IMG/VR virus record: IMGVR_UViG_3300046804_003014
Coordinates: 1-56,509 of that record
DNA length: 56,509 nucleotides
Source of the DNA: a virus
Taxonomy: Duplodnaviria > Caudoviricetes
Reading direction: 5' to 3' (one strand)
The position numbers and the translations under genes were made by a program. Under the pieces are notes generated by a model, which was given only the letters and a program-made list of their open reading frames with translations, was not told the DNA's origin and made no database searches. Positions 27,043-38,594 of this stretch are shown here, one piece after another (positions within the stretch are counted from its first letter, which is position 1; the number at the start of each line of letters is the position of its first letter).

Positions 27043-27672
27043 TCAAACTTTACGAAGGGTATAAGATCCATTCTCATTATCTACCCATTCAACCTCATCA
27101 CCTTCTTTCAGTTTTGCAACTTCTAACAAGTCTTGCGGGAAAGAAACAAAATACTCTGTTTCATCAGTATCAATATCTTTTGCCTCTTCAACAGGAAGTA
27201 TCCATTTCTTTTTAGAAACTTTAGGTGTCCAATCATATCCACCTTCTTGACGAATCCGTTCTACTTCAACATCAAGTTCTGCTTTATCACACATTGCTGT
27301 TATTTCTTCATCACTATATTGGAGACCGTATTCTTTTGGATAATAGTTTTCTTCCCAGAAACTATTCCAAGCACCTTGACATTCAGGTGACTGATCATCC
27401 TTGTCACAAGTCAAAGGTTCATTCCTCACATCACCATCACGCAAGTCACCTACGGTTGCTTGCCAGGCAAGTTTGAACTTCTCATCAAATTCTTTCAGAT
27501 AATACTCAAGATATTCATAAGCAGCAGACATCATCATCTCCGCCTTATCATACTGATGCTCTTGAATTTTATCTATTGCAGCATCAATAATCTCACGAGC
27601 AGAACAAATCTTGGATGTTACCATCTCAAGATCATTCATCGTGCGCCAAACTTTCTGATACTCAACAGTCAT
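27043..27672 (-). CDS. Hypothetical protein with a C-terminal AbrB/MazE-like domain
   Basis: YFVSFPQDLLEVAKLKEGDEVEWVDNENGSYTLRKV. Confidence 0.65.
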   Translation of the reverse strand: MTVEYQKVWRTMNDLEMVTSKICSAREIIDAAIDKIQEHQYDKAEMMMSAAYEYLEYYLKEFDEKFKLAWQATVGDLRDGDVRNEPLTCDKDDQSPECQGAWNSFWEENYYPKEYGLQYSDEEITAMCDKAELDVEVERIRQEGGYDWTPKVSKKKWILPVEEAKDIDTDETEYFVSFPQDLLEVAKLKEGDEVEWVDNENGSYTLRKV

Positions 27673-29251
27673 TCAGGTGGTCCTTGATTGCTTGTTCTAC
27701 TATAATCTGAATTTCTTTGGATGTCAACCCATTCAACCAGGACCAGTTGGGATCTTCCTTGTCCCAATCCATTGTGAATGAACCATCTTCATTTTGTGTT
27801 ATTTTAAGAGAATCAGCACTCATCGCAGTCAGTATCCTTATGCTTTTTACGAATTTTTTTAAGTTGTTTTAGTTCTTCCTTGATCATTTTATAAGCAGCA
27901 TCAGAATCAATTTTGTCACCCATTTCCATCGCAATGATAACATCGACACGGGTTCCAAAATGTGCTAATGCTTTCTCAAAACAATCTAACTCATACATCA
28001 GTGTTAATCCTACAGTGCTCGGCAAGAATATCTATGCGAGCATCAAGAGAATTTTCCATCCGATAGAGTTCATTTGTTGTATTGACGTTTTCTTCTTCAA
28101 GAACTTTGATACGTTCTTCTAACTTAATAACGTGTTGAGTCAACTGTTGAAGAAGTTCAATCAAAGAATATTCACCATCATGTTGATCATAACAGACAAT
28201 TTTATAACGTTCTTTAACTTTATCATTATCAGAAAAGAACCAATTAATAAAACGTTTAATCATCATAATATACCTACAGATTTCAAATACCTTTGATACG
28301 CCATAAAGCGTTGTAAAGATGGAGTTACACCAAGACTTTCACAGCACCTGATATAAGAAATAAACTCATACCATGGTGCTGTAGGGTCAGTGTCGCTCAC
28401 AACTTACCTCCTACCTCACCCTCATAAGTTCGGGACGTAGAGAAACCTTCCTGCCGTCCTTTAAGATAAAAACGGGTCGCTGAGATACAGATGTCTTCAG
28501 TGAGAGATGTGATAAGTCCGTTACCATCTTTATCTGTTGAATCCCAAAGTCCATACTTTTTTTGCTCAACATAAAAGGCATCATCAATTAGTTTCTTTTC
28601 CATTTTTCAATTCAGGATGAGGAGCATAAAGAGGACCTTCATAATTACCAGCAAACTTAGCAAGTTCTTCTACTGCTTTTACAGTTTCTGGAGTTTCTTC
28701 CCACTCCCAAGAGTTTCCATTTTTATCAATAAAAGTTCTTACAGTCATTTTTGATCCTCATACTTGTAACTGAGTTTAATGTCTTTTTTCTTTAGTTTGT
28801 AGCGGTCAATGTGTTTTTGGCGGTGAGATTCACTTTCAAAGTAACACTTACGAGTTTCATTTCCATCCTTATAAACAAGTTTCCAGGGGAACTGGTCAAA
28901 GGGAAATTCTTCGGTGTAGTCCATCAGGTAGGTTGTTCAACACGTTGAGTATACACGGAATCAAACAGTTCGTCAAGTATCTCAGAACATTCATTATACT
29001 CTTTACTGTTTAGCACAGTCTTATCATATTGATACCGACGCACAGCATTGTAGATGAGTTTATATTGTTCAGGTGTGAAGTTCATTCTGTTCCTCCATAA
29101 AGTCGTTGTCCTTCTTCATAACCCATTCTATAGGCGGTTCTCAACCATTCCATCATAGCAATTTGATCTTTAGCATCATAATCACTCCAAAAACGTTCAG
29201 CACGGAAACTATAACCTTCTTGTTCATAAAACCAATCATTAAATCCTTCCA

Positions 29252-29728
29252 TCACATTTCTCCAAGAGTATGAATGACTGGTTTTTCGTGTGCTAGGATG
29301 CGATACAGGTCTTCATTCTGTGCCGCTGAAATAGGAATAAATTCAGTCTTGTCATCAAACTCATCATCACGAATCGCTTGGTTGATGACTATTGATCCTT
29401 CTTCTCCTGACCAGGATCTATGGTAAGTTCTTTGAGGAATGACCAGAGCACCAGAACTACGATTAAGATGAACGATGTGATAAGGATACCTCCAATCAGG
29501 ATTGACCAGTTCAAATGTGCGAATACCAGACAGAACACGGTTGTGGTCTACCTGGTGGTAATGAATATAAAACTGTTTTGCTCCTACAATATCATCAGGA
29601 GGACTAATAGCAGGACCTTCATGAACCACGAGGTCTGATGCATTAGATCCCTCCACAGAAATATCATAAAAGATAACTGACTGGGTTTCACGGAATACTC
29701 TGTGCTTCTTGAAAGTTACTTCGCTCAT
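29252..29728 (-). CDS. RmlC-like cupin protein
   Basis: FYIHYHQVDHNRVLSG.RTFEL...ALVIP..TYHRS cupin motifs. Confidence 0.65.
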   Translation of the reverse strand: MSEVTFKKHRVFRETQSVIFYDISVEGSNASDLVVHEGPAISPPDDIVGAKQFYIHYHQVDHNRVLSGIRTFELVNPDWRYPYHIVHLNRSSGALVIPQRTYHRSWSGEEGSIVINQAIRDDEFDDKTEFIPISAAQNEDLYRILAHEKPVIHTLGEM

Positions 29729-30540
29729 TAGTCGTAAAGGTTTTGCTCCTGTTGTACTCTATCTAGGTGATGATATAGAGTCGCTTTAGAATACTTAAAC
29801 TCCTTAAAACGACGTGGATTATTCTTCTCCATCTTATGAAGCATATTGATCCATTGATAGCGACTATCCACTATCCAACCATAGCGACGCTCATCGTGAA
29901 GTAAATCAAAAATAGAAATCATTTGAACCCCTTACTCTTTTTCTGTGGAATATCAAGAACTTCAACGTGACTTAAAAACTGGTCTGGTGTTTGAAACCAA
30001 TGTGCCTGAACATCCATATAGTCCTCTAAAACAATGGACTGACCATTGCTATAGATCAACTTATAGTGGTGCCTGTCGTAGGGTTTATCACAAGTTTGTT
30101 TGAATGTAATCATTGATCTTTCTCCTTTACTATACAAGAAGTCAAACTACATTTCAAGTCACCAGAACCACCAACAACAGTAGAAGTGTGCTGTGGGGTC
30201 TTCATATTCACATCAATGTAAATCGCATACACATAAACGAATGATGCGACTACACCAATCGCAGAGAAACCCCATACAATACCAGTAAATAAACTTCTCA
30301 TTTAACTTCTACCTCTTAAGTTCCAAGGGTCAACACCATCGGGAATAGGAGCATCCCAATCACCAGTTTCATCACTCCACCAATAATTCAGTTTATCACC
30401 ATTCGCAGAAATATTCAAGTGATAGGTTTTACCATTTTGAGTATAAACCCCGACCCATAAGGTGCGTTCGTTCATACTTTCCAGGTGAAACATCTTCACA
30501 TCTTCCAGCACAATTTCGTCTGGGTTTTCTGTAAATCTAC

Positions 30541-31062
30541 TCATCGTAGTTTCCTCTTAATTTTGTCAAGACAATCGTTGAATCCTTCTACACTACACTC
30601 CACATAAGCATTTTGAGAACCAGCAGCAGATTGGGGTTTAGGCAACCACAAACTGATTTCATCTAACAATATGTTAATACAAGTTGGCACATCTAAATCA
30701 ATATTATCTGTGACCGAATCCAAATACCATTGAGCAATCACATCATAAAGAGTTTGTGGTTTGGTAGAAGATGAAACCACACCTTGTTTGACTGCTTCAC
30801 GGAATGCTTCTTTCAGTCCATCAGCAACTTGTTCTGGTGTTTGTGGTGTTGGTTCCCATTCACTTACTTTTTCTTCCTTTGCGGCATTATAACCTGCTTG
30901 GAATGCATCCCACCTATCTCCACCAAACTCCCAAGTGTCTGTAGGATACTCACCCCACCAATCTTTGTATGCTTCTTCTACTGGTGATTTCGTTTGTGAA
31001 AGTTCTTCAAGTTTCTTTTTAAGCACTTTGATTTGTGCTTTTACTTCTTCAATTTCAGTCAT
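30541..31062 (-). CDS. Hypothetical protein; C-terminal domain duplicated at 31857..32093
   Basis: TLYDVIAQW.LDSVTDNIDLDVPTC...QSAAGSQN.YVEC.VEGFNDCL. Confidence 0.7.
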   Translation of the reverse strand: MTEIEEVKAQIKVLKKKLEELSQTKSPVEEAYKDWWGEYPTDTWEFGGDRWDAFQAGYNAAKEEKVSEWEPTPQTPEQVADGLKEAFREAVKQGVVSSSTKPQTLYDVIAQWYLDSVTDNIDLDVPTCINILLDEISLWLPKPQSAAGSQNAYVECSVEGFNDCLDKIKRKLR

Positions 31063-31856
31063 TGGTTTCTCTCCGTTGTTGTCCTAGTTCCCAACCCATT
31101 TCACATTTATTACAACCTTCTCCAATACATTCCCATCCATTGTGGCACTTCTCACATCCTTTACCACCACACTCATTACAAACAGGATGACTATCCATCT
31201 TTCTTCACCCAAGTACAAGCAAAACAAATCCTCGTCATAAACCTCACAAACCTATTAGGCACTTTTCCTTCTACTGGAGTATAAGCAATACCATCACCAG
31301 GAGAACCACCAAACAGATAACAAGTCCAGTTAGATAGTTTTGGATTATGAATGTATAAACTTGGAGGTGATGAGACAACATAATCAGATTTTACTGGTTG
31401 TCCTACGTTATTCTCCCAGACATCAACATCCCAAGGTGATGAGATATTCTTTTCAGGTTTCCATTCGTTAGTCATTCAAATACCTCAACTTTACTAATAC
31501 TTACACTTTGAGATTGATAATAAACTTTCAGTTGTTGTTTAGTCATTGGAGTATTGACTGGAAAACTAATCCAAACACTTGCTCCATCTACATTACTATA
31601 CAATGTGACTGCGTATCTGTTCATTTCATTTACCATCGTCCTAACCTCAGTTTGCGTTCAGGTGAAAGATAAGGATTGTAAGGGTCATCATAAGGATAGA
31701 TGTATTCTGTCATCCAACCCCAAGATAATCCCTCCCAGAAGTCACCATATCCATACTTATGCCCATCATTATAACAATCAAGGATATAAGGAAGGTGATG
31801 GAAGCCCTCCACAAACCACTCCCACTTACTCATATTGTAATAGGTGTCTCTGTCAG

Positions 31857-32093
31857 TCATCGTAGTTTACCCTTGATTTTAGTGAGACAATCGTTGAAGC
31901 CTTCTACTGTACATTCAACATAAACATTTTGAGAACCAGCAGCAGATTGTTCTTTGGGTAACCATTCTTCAATTCTATTCACAAGGTCTTCAACACAAGT
32001 TGGCACATCTAAATCAATATTATCTGTGACTGAATCCAAAGACCATTGAGCAATCACATCATAAAGAGTTGGTTTATTCAGTTCGTCAATCAT
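31857..32093 (-). CDS. Hypothetical protein, paralog of the C-terminus of 30541..31062
   Basis: Same motifs as above. Confidence 0.7.
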   Translation of the reverse strand: MIDELNKPTLYDVIAQWSLDSVTDNIDLDVPTCVEDLVNRIEEWLPKEQSAAGSQNVYVECTVEGFNDCLTKIKGKLR

Positions 32094-33517
32094 TCTGCCT
32101 CCTCATAAGCATCCTGAACCATCTCTGCGATTTCCATTACTTCTGTCTTCATTTCGGCAGGTGCGGTCTTTGCGATCTCATCATAAAACAGAGTAAGGGC
32201 AGTCGTCAATAGAACCAGTTGGCGTTTTGTGAAGTTCATTTTAGTTGTTTTTCTGATAAATGGCGTTTATTCGGAATCCTGATATTATACCAGACTTTTC
32301 AATACTTTACGGATGAACTGAATAGAACCATAAAACTCTTCACCATCTTGCCCACCAATCACAATCCAATCAACTTCTTCCAGAGCAAGTTTGATTCTTT
32401 CTTCTCTGGTGAGTTCTTCTAATGCTTCGTTGATGAGTTCTCTTCGTTCAGCAATCTGAAGCATTTCTTCGTGGGTCATTTCTTTGATGTGTAACTGTGT
32501 TTCTGGACTTTTACATCCTCCCCAATAAGGGTCTTCAACTGCGAAAGTTTCTTTTCCTTTATCATAAAGCCTCAACTTACCATCACTCATAAGTTCTCGG
32601 ATTTTCTGTTTGCCGTATTCTGTGAGTTCTTGTTTCTTGGTGCGGAGTTCTTGGACTTCTTCTGGTGTAAGATCCACCCAGGGCATATCATCGTTCATAC
32701 TTCTCCTCCACTTCTTTCACACGTTCCATAAAACTATCATCTCCGTGATCTCCACTATACAGATAGTCAATGTGCCTCATAATCTCTGCCATCTTTCTCA
32801 TCTTGGGAATTTGTGCTTTCAAATACTCAAGCACTTCAGGTTCGTGGTTAGGCTTCCAACCATACTCATCTTCTTTGTCATTATTCCAAATCTCTTCTTC
32901 AAGTTCATCAGCAAATTGTGCTACCTTGTAGTAGTCGTAACCGCAATCAGTAAAGTGTCCACCGCTCATGATTGTGCCTCTATAATGGATTTGATTTGTT
33001 GAAGGTCTTCTATGCGTTGCTTACATAGGTCATACTGCTCACAATACCAATCATAATCTCCACATTCATAATTGGTTGATTCACGAATATCCCATTCAAT
33101 ACACTGAAGATGCCCTTCTTGGTCTTGAATGAAATAGTTCAGGGTATCAAGTAAAGTCATTCCTCATCCTCTTCATATGGAAATAGTTCATCATACTCTT
33201 CATCAGTCAGAGTAAGATACTGAACATTAGCGTTCTTGTGCTCTTCGGCATATACTAACTGATAGTGTGCGAAAGAAGAAGGGTCTGAACTAGCAAACTC
33301 TAGCAGACCATCAACAAAGCAAAGGTAGTTCATAATACCTCCCAATCACATTCCCAATGACAATCGTTGCTTACATTAACCCAGAAGAAGTATTTCTGGT
33401 TCTCTGATGCGAGAAACAGCATACCATCACCTTTGTCCTGCTCCACAATACAGATGGCGTTGTTGTCCATCATATTCGCAAGACGGTTTTTGGCTTTGCT
33501 GGATTTAGGTTTTACAG

Positions 33518-33922
33518 TCACTCTTCGCATTGTTCTTCCTCATCAGTCAGGACAGTTCCCATAGGACCTTTTTTGATACGCTCCCACTCTTTTTCTGCTT
33601 CAAGCATATCATCAAACTTCTTCTTCAGGTCTTCACCCAAAGTCAGGTCAAACTCATCAGCAACCTTACGCATATTTTCTACACTCCTATCTTCAGTAAA
33701 TGCGAGACCACAAGCACCTTTCATAATGTTGAGATCATCGTGTCCCATCGCACGGGCAACGGTTGCGAAGAAACGAAACAGTTGATAAGTGTTAAGGTCT
33801 TCGGCAGGAACCTGAAAAGTATAATGCTCTTCGGGGAGCATCATATCATCAAACCCACTGCTGTAATGGGTGGAGGTCCATTCAGTATCGAAAGAAACCT
33901 TGAGGGTTGCCTTGTAAGTCAT
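33518..33922 (-). CDS. Hypothetical early protein
   Basis: After TATAAT (33944-33949) and a dyad variant (33979-34000). Confidence 0.7.
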   Translation of the reverse strand: MTYKATLKVSFDTEWTSTHYSSGFDDMMLPEEHYTFQVPAEDLNTYQLFRFFATVARAMGHDDLNIMKGACGLAFTEDRSVENMRKVADEFDLTLGEDLKKKFDDMLEAEKEWERIKKGPMGTVLTDEEEQCEE

Positions 33923-35107
33923 TGGTCTGTTTTGAATATACTCATTATAGGGGTAGTTTCACCCATTTTGGGGGTGAGTGGACAGTTCATCAAGTGTCCT
34001 CGTCTTCTAACAATTCTTCCAGTTCTTTCATAAAGTCTTCGGTCATCGGAATGAGTTTCTCTTCTCCACGATCAATACGATCACACATTTCCATCAGATA
34101 CTCAAGAAACTCTTTGGGATAAGTTTCATCAAGGTTTATACTTGTCCAGAACCATTGATAACATTCCTCATAAGGATCGTCCTCTTTCAGTAGAGCATAG
34201 TTCTCATAATTTCCAGTGATGAGGTCTCTCCACATCTTGAAGTTGTTCCACATCTCTCTCCAACCAGTCAACCAGCAGTGTCCGAAATAATACTCAAACC
34301 AATTCAGTTTCTTGCTCATTCCTCTGGTTTACCATCAGGCCAAACATCATCAAGTGAGGTATCTACTTGAAATCCCTCATCATTCTCATCACTATAATAC
34401 CATCTCCAAGTGCGGGAGAGAATATCTACATCTAAACCAAACTTATAAACCCAGAAGCAAGTAGAGAGTGTGCTACCATACCCAGACTTAATTTGAACAT
34501 AGGGCCAAGTAGGAATATCGTTCCAACCGATTGATACTTGAAGTAGTGACCAGTCCCTTACATCCAACACCTGAAAACACCAGTCGTGCCCAAAGTCATA
34601 CTTGTGAGTGTATCTAAACAGTTTCATACCATTTTCCTCTTATCAGTATCAAAGGTTGTCCATTTTGCTATTTTAAGACACATCAGCACAGTTTGGTGTT
34701 CACGCTGATACAAGTTCCAGTCACCTTTACATTTCGCAGCATATCTTCTACGATAGGCACAAGTCCAAACATTATAATAGATTTTTGCTTTTTCAGTTAG
34801 GGTCATCTATCTTTTCACCACATATCCACTGGTTTCCTTCCCGATGGACTTCATAATATCCAGTCCAGTCACACTTCACATAGAGATAATGTGTTCCGTC
34901 CTCCCTCTCACAAATAAAGTCACACTTGTGAGGAGAATACAGACGCATCTCAAGCACCTTATCGTTTTTGTTCAGCATATTCAATCACGATTTTCTTGTG
35001 CTCTTTATACTTATCAGTCACAAGAACAGTATAAAGTTTTCCACCAAGTTCTTCTGCTACCTTTTCAAGCAGGGTCAGTTGTTCATTAGTCATCATTAAT
35101 TTTAAAT

Positions 35108-35311
35108 TTATGGAAGTGCGTGTCTTCTTTCTAAATCAGTGTGCATTTCAGCATCTTGACTATGCTTGGTACGAATTGCTTCTCTTTGACGCCAGAAACC
35201 CTGCTTCATTCTTTGAACTGATCTCTGATAGTTCAAATTGCTTGCCATTTGTTTTTTTGCTGTCATACTTGGAGAACCTGCTTGCTCCAAGAATTCCTGA
35301 AAAGTTTTCAT
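35108..35311 (-). CDS. Candidate internal head protein with a capsid-targeting sequence
   Basis: N-terminus MKTFQEFLEQ resembles the T4 CTS MKTYQEFIAE; upstream TAAATA. Confidence 0.55.
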   Translation of the reverse strand: MKTFQEFLEQAGSPSMTAKKQMASNLNYQRSVQRMKQGFWRQREAIRTKHSQDAEMHTDLERRHALP

Positions 35312-36084
35312 CTTAAACTTTTTAGTTATTTATTTGTGAGAAACTTTATCCCATTCAGAACTTCTTGAAACTTCTCAGCACGAGTCTTATGCTCCGCAGC
35401 ACTCTGTCCAAGCACATCCACAATATCCTGTAGAACCACGTCTGCTGGAGCATCAGTATCAAAGTATTGTTGGATTGCTTCGGCAAGATACCTCCGCCGT
35501 GTCCACTCTACACTGTAGGGTTTGTAGTCCATAATCAAAGAGTTATATGCTGCGATTATAAGGTATCTAGGTGTTGTTGTCAAGCTCTGCTAGGTAATCT
35601 GTCCACCATTGTGGGTCTTTCTGATACTTCCAGTTGGGTACTTCTTTCCCATTCTCAAAATACCATTTCCAAATTGCTGTATCAATGACTTCAGCGACTT
35701 CAATCCTCTTCATTCTCCTGGTCAACATCTCCATATGGATTTTCCACATAGGGTCCGTGTTCCCGCTTGGCATCTTCTCGGACATAATTGACTTCTGATA
35801 CGCTAGAGGACAACCATAGAGATAGTTTCATCACCAACCATATCACACCCAGAGGTAAAAAGCAAGCGATTAATACAAGAGGTTTCATTCTTTTTCTATC
35901 TCAAGACACTTTTCAAACTTATCTCTCAACTCGTTTATCTTGACTTGATGCTGAAACTCCATAATGTGATCTTTTATTTCTTTCTCTTCATCAGTCAGTT
36001 CCAACCGATGCTTGAGTTTAATATCAACAAGACGCACCATTTCCATATAGAACTCGGTGCCTTTGTGTATAAACTCTTCGTAGG

Positions 36085-36402
36085 TCAATCTCTTGTTCTC
36101 CAATCGGTTTCGTCTTCGTCACGCTTAAACCAATCGTGTAGATCATCTGGACCATCAAAACCTCTGCGACCAAAGCGTTCGTGACCTAAACCACCAATAT
36201 CCATTTGGTTGAGAAAGTCATCCATCTCATCCATTTCAGGATTTTCTGCTCTTCTTCTTGCCTGACGGAGCATTGTACCAGCAGAGCGATTTGCCTTCGC
36301 AAGTTTTTCTGCCCAAATCATATCTTCTAAACTAACCTCCTCATGTAGAACAATCTTTTCACAGATTGATTCCAATCTCAATCTATACTGTGTAGAGAGC
36401 AT
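36085..36402 (-). CDS. Hypothetical protein
   Basis: MLSTQYRLRLESIC..MIWAEKLAKAN..LRQARR; upstream TAAATA. Confidence 0.7.
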   Translation of the reverse strand: MLSTQYRLRLESICEKIVLHEEVSLEDMIWAEKLAKANRSAGTMLRQARRRAENPEMDEMDDFLNQMDIGGLGHERFGRRGFDGPDDLHDWFKRDEDETDWRTRD

Positions 36403-37097
36403 AAGATTTTCCAGATATAAGTTTATTTATTTTTAGAATTTAATTCATCCATCAACTCTTTGGCAAGTTGATTTGAGCGTTTCCACATTGAATATTTTGC
36501 CCACGGTGTTCTCGGATTATTCTTTAACCACCAGATTTGTCTGATAATCCTGTTTTTTGTAATGTCAAAAACATATACAAAAGCATCAGCAACATTTCTG
36601 TCGCTGATGATTACATAGGCAACTATGGAAAATATAGCAACCCAGGCATAGTAGGTCATTGTCTTAGTGTTTTAAGATATTCTAACACATTCTCACGAAC
36701 TGCCATGAGTTCATTGTAACACTTTTGATTATGGGCACACTGCCTCAATTCATGATCTGGTTTGTGTACACTTTCAATAAACAGATCCAGTCCTCGGTTC
36801 CATTTAATGTCGGGTGCTTCATCCATAATGTGTCTTACAGTTGTACTATTTAACCAAAAAATTGCTCAACGGTTGTGGTTTTTTTCTTTGATGCTTTAAC
36901 CTGTTTCAGAATATAAGTCTTTGCCATTGCGTAAGTATTGGCAAGGTGAACTTGCTGTCCATTATGAATGATGATAAACTTTTTACCATAAGGAACAGCA
37001 GCCCACATTCCGTCCTTAGTTACATAACCCTCTGGATCTTTTGGTTTAGGATCAAGAACACCAGGACGAGGAATAAATGGTTTGAGAAAATTTTCAC

Positions 37098-37241
37098 TCA
37101 TCCGAAAACAGCAGTCACACCAACAACTTTAGCACTTGGGTTACGTGCCAGAGCAGTCCGCTTGGCATCTTCATAGTCACGTGCCTCAACAATCTCATCA
37201 AAGACTTTACCAGCGACATAGAGTTGGACTTTGCAGCGCAT
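37098..37241 (-). CDS. Small hypothetical protein (47 aa, not in track)
   Basis: MRCKVQLYVAGKVFDEIVEARDYEDAKRTALARNPSAKVVGVTAVFG*; TATAAT upstream. Confidence 0.7.
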   Translation of the reverse strand: MRCKVQLYVAGKVFDEIVEARDYEDAKRTALARNPSAKVVGVTAVFG

Positions 37242-37282
37242 TGGGGGATTCCTCCTTGTGTATGAGTATTATAGCAGAAAAA

Positions 37283-38464
37283 TCAGCGCCTGACAACGCT
37301 GATGGCAGGTTGACCCTGGTGGAAAACGGTGTCTACGACCGCCTGAACGCTCTTGGCGGTGCTGATGCCCACCTTGTCATAAACAGGCACACAGACCAGT
37401 CCAAAGGTCTTCTGGGCGCCTCCCAGACGGATCACACGCCCGATGCTCTGGGAGATACCGATGTAGTCCATATTCCGCATGAACAGAACTGCCTCCAGAC
37501 CCTGAACGTTGATGCCCTCGGACAGAATGCTATGATGAAGAACCACAAACTTCTTAGAAGAGTCACGACCCCAGGCGTTGAGAGTGTCAAAGAACACCTC
37601 ACGGTTAACCTTCTGACCATCAATCACAGCACCAGTCTTGGACGTGATATACATCCAAGAATAACCACGCTCTTTGAGATCAGAGCAGAAGTCAGACTGT
37701 GAAACCAGATTGATGATCTGTTTGGTAGAACGAGCACAGATCAGGATCTTATCCAGACCGTTATCGTCAATCGTCTCCAGCAGGTTAGCAGAGTCACGGT
37801 CAGCGATCATCTGCTTGTCCTGAACCATCTCAAGTTGCTTCACGACAACTTTAGGGGGCAAGATGTAGCCTTGATCCACCAGTTCGGGGGCAGGAACATT
37901 ACAAATGACATTGCCGTAGACCTCTGGCATATTCATACCAGGTTTGGAAACAGTAGCAGAATGCTTAGGAGTAGCAGTGAAGAAATAGCAGCGGTCAGCA
38001 ACAGAAGAGAAGTGCTCCGTAGCAGGGAAAAAGTTACGCTGAACAGAGTTGTGTGCCTCATCAAAGTAAATGGTATCGACAGTAATATCCGCCTGCTGAA
38101 GACGCTGAAGAGAATTATAGGTAGTAAAGATCAACTTATGACCAGGAGTTGCTTCTACCCAAGTGCGAATTACATTATGGCGAGTGCTGCTGAAGTGATG
38201 AGTCTCACCACTGTGGACGTGCAGCACGTGAGCATTGGTGATAAACTCAAGGAACTCACTAGACAATTGCTCTGCCAGCAAGATGCGGGGGCAGCACACT
38301 ACAATGGTCTGGGGAGTATCTTTCAGAAACTGGTAAATGGCATCAAAGATCATCGTAGGAGTCTTCCCAGCGCCAGTCGGCATGATCAGTTGACCCAGTT
38401 GATGCTGTTCCATGGCATCAAGACCACGTTGCTGGTGAGGTCGGAGTTCGAACACAGGTCTCAT
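37283..38464 (-). CDS. Superfamily 2 helicase (ResIII-like core)
   Basis: LRPHQ, PTGAGKT, TTYNSL, FDEAH, TATP, LSEGIN and QSIGRVIR motifs. Confidence 0.88.
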   Translation of the reverse strand: MRPVFELRPHQQRGLDAMEQHQLGQLIMPTGAGKTPTMIFDAIYQFLKDTPQTIVVCCPRILLAEQLSSEFLEFITNAHVLHVHSGETHHFSSTRHNVIRTWVEATPGHKLIFTTYNSLQRLQQADITVDTIYFDEAHNSVQRNFFPATEHFSSVADRCYFFTATPKHSATVSKPGMNMPEVYGNVICNVPAPELVDQGYILPPKVVVKQLEMVQDKQMIADRDSANLLETIDDNGLDKILICARSTKQIINLVSQSDFCSDLKERGYSWMYITSKTGAVIDGQKVNREVFFDTLNAWGRDSSKKFVVLHHSILSEGINVQGLEAVLFMRNMDYIGISQSIGRVIRLGGAQKTFGLVCVPVYDKVGISTAKSVQAVVDTVFHQGQPAISVVRR

Positions 38465-38477
38465 TGCGTATGAAACT

Positions 38478-38591
38478 ATTATAGCAGAAAACCGCCCCTG
38501 GTGCGACCCAGTGGACGGTTCTTAAAGTGTCTTAGACTCTCATCTCCAACCCAGACAAAGCTAGTCTAGTGGTATTTGAGGATTATGTCAA
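38478..38591 (-). promoter_or_regulatory. Tandem promoters upstream of the helicase
   Basis: TTGACA-N17-TAGACT (38563-38591), then a dyad variant (38512-38533) with TATAAT (38478-38483). Confidence 0.6.
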
Positions 38592-38594
38592 GTC

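Larger units (their letters stand above)
26014..37241 (-). other. Dense array of roughly 45 short, tightly packed hypothetical genes (accessory region)
   Basis: Contiguous minus-strand ORFs of about 40-210 aa with frequent ATGA/TGATG stop-start overlaps. Confidence 0.8.

Noticed and set aside
37283-38464. Type III restriction system
   Set aside because: Helicase core only; no nuclease domain or Mod gene nearby
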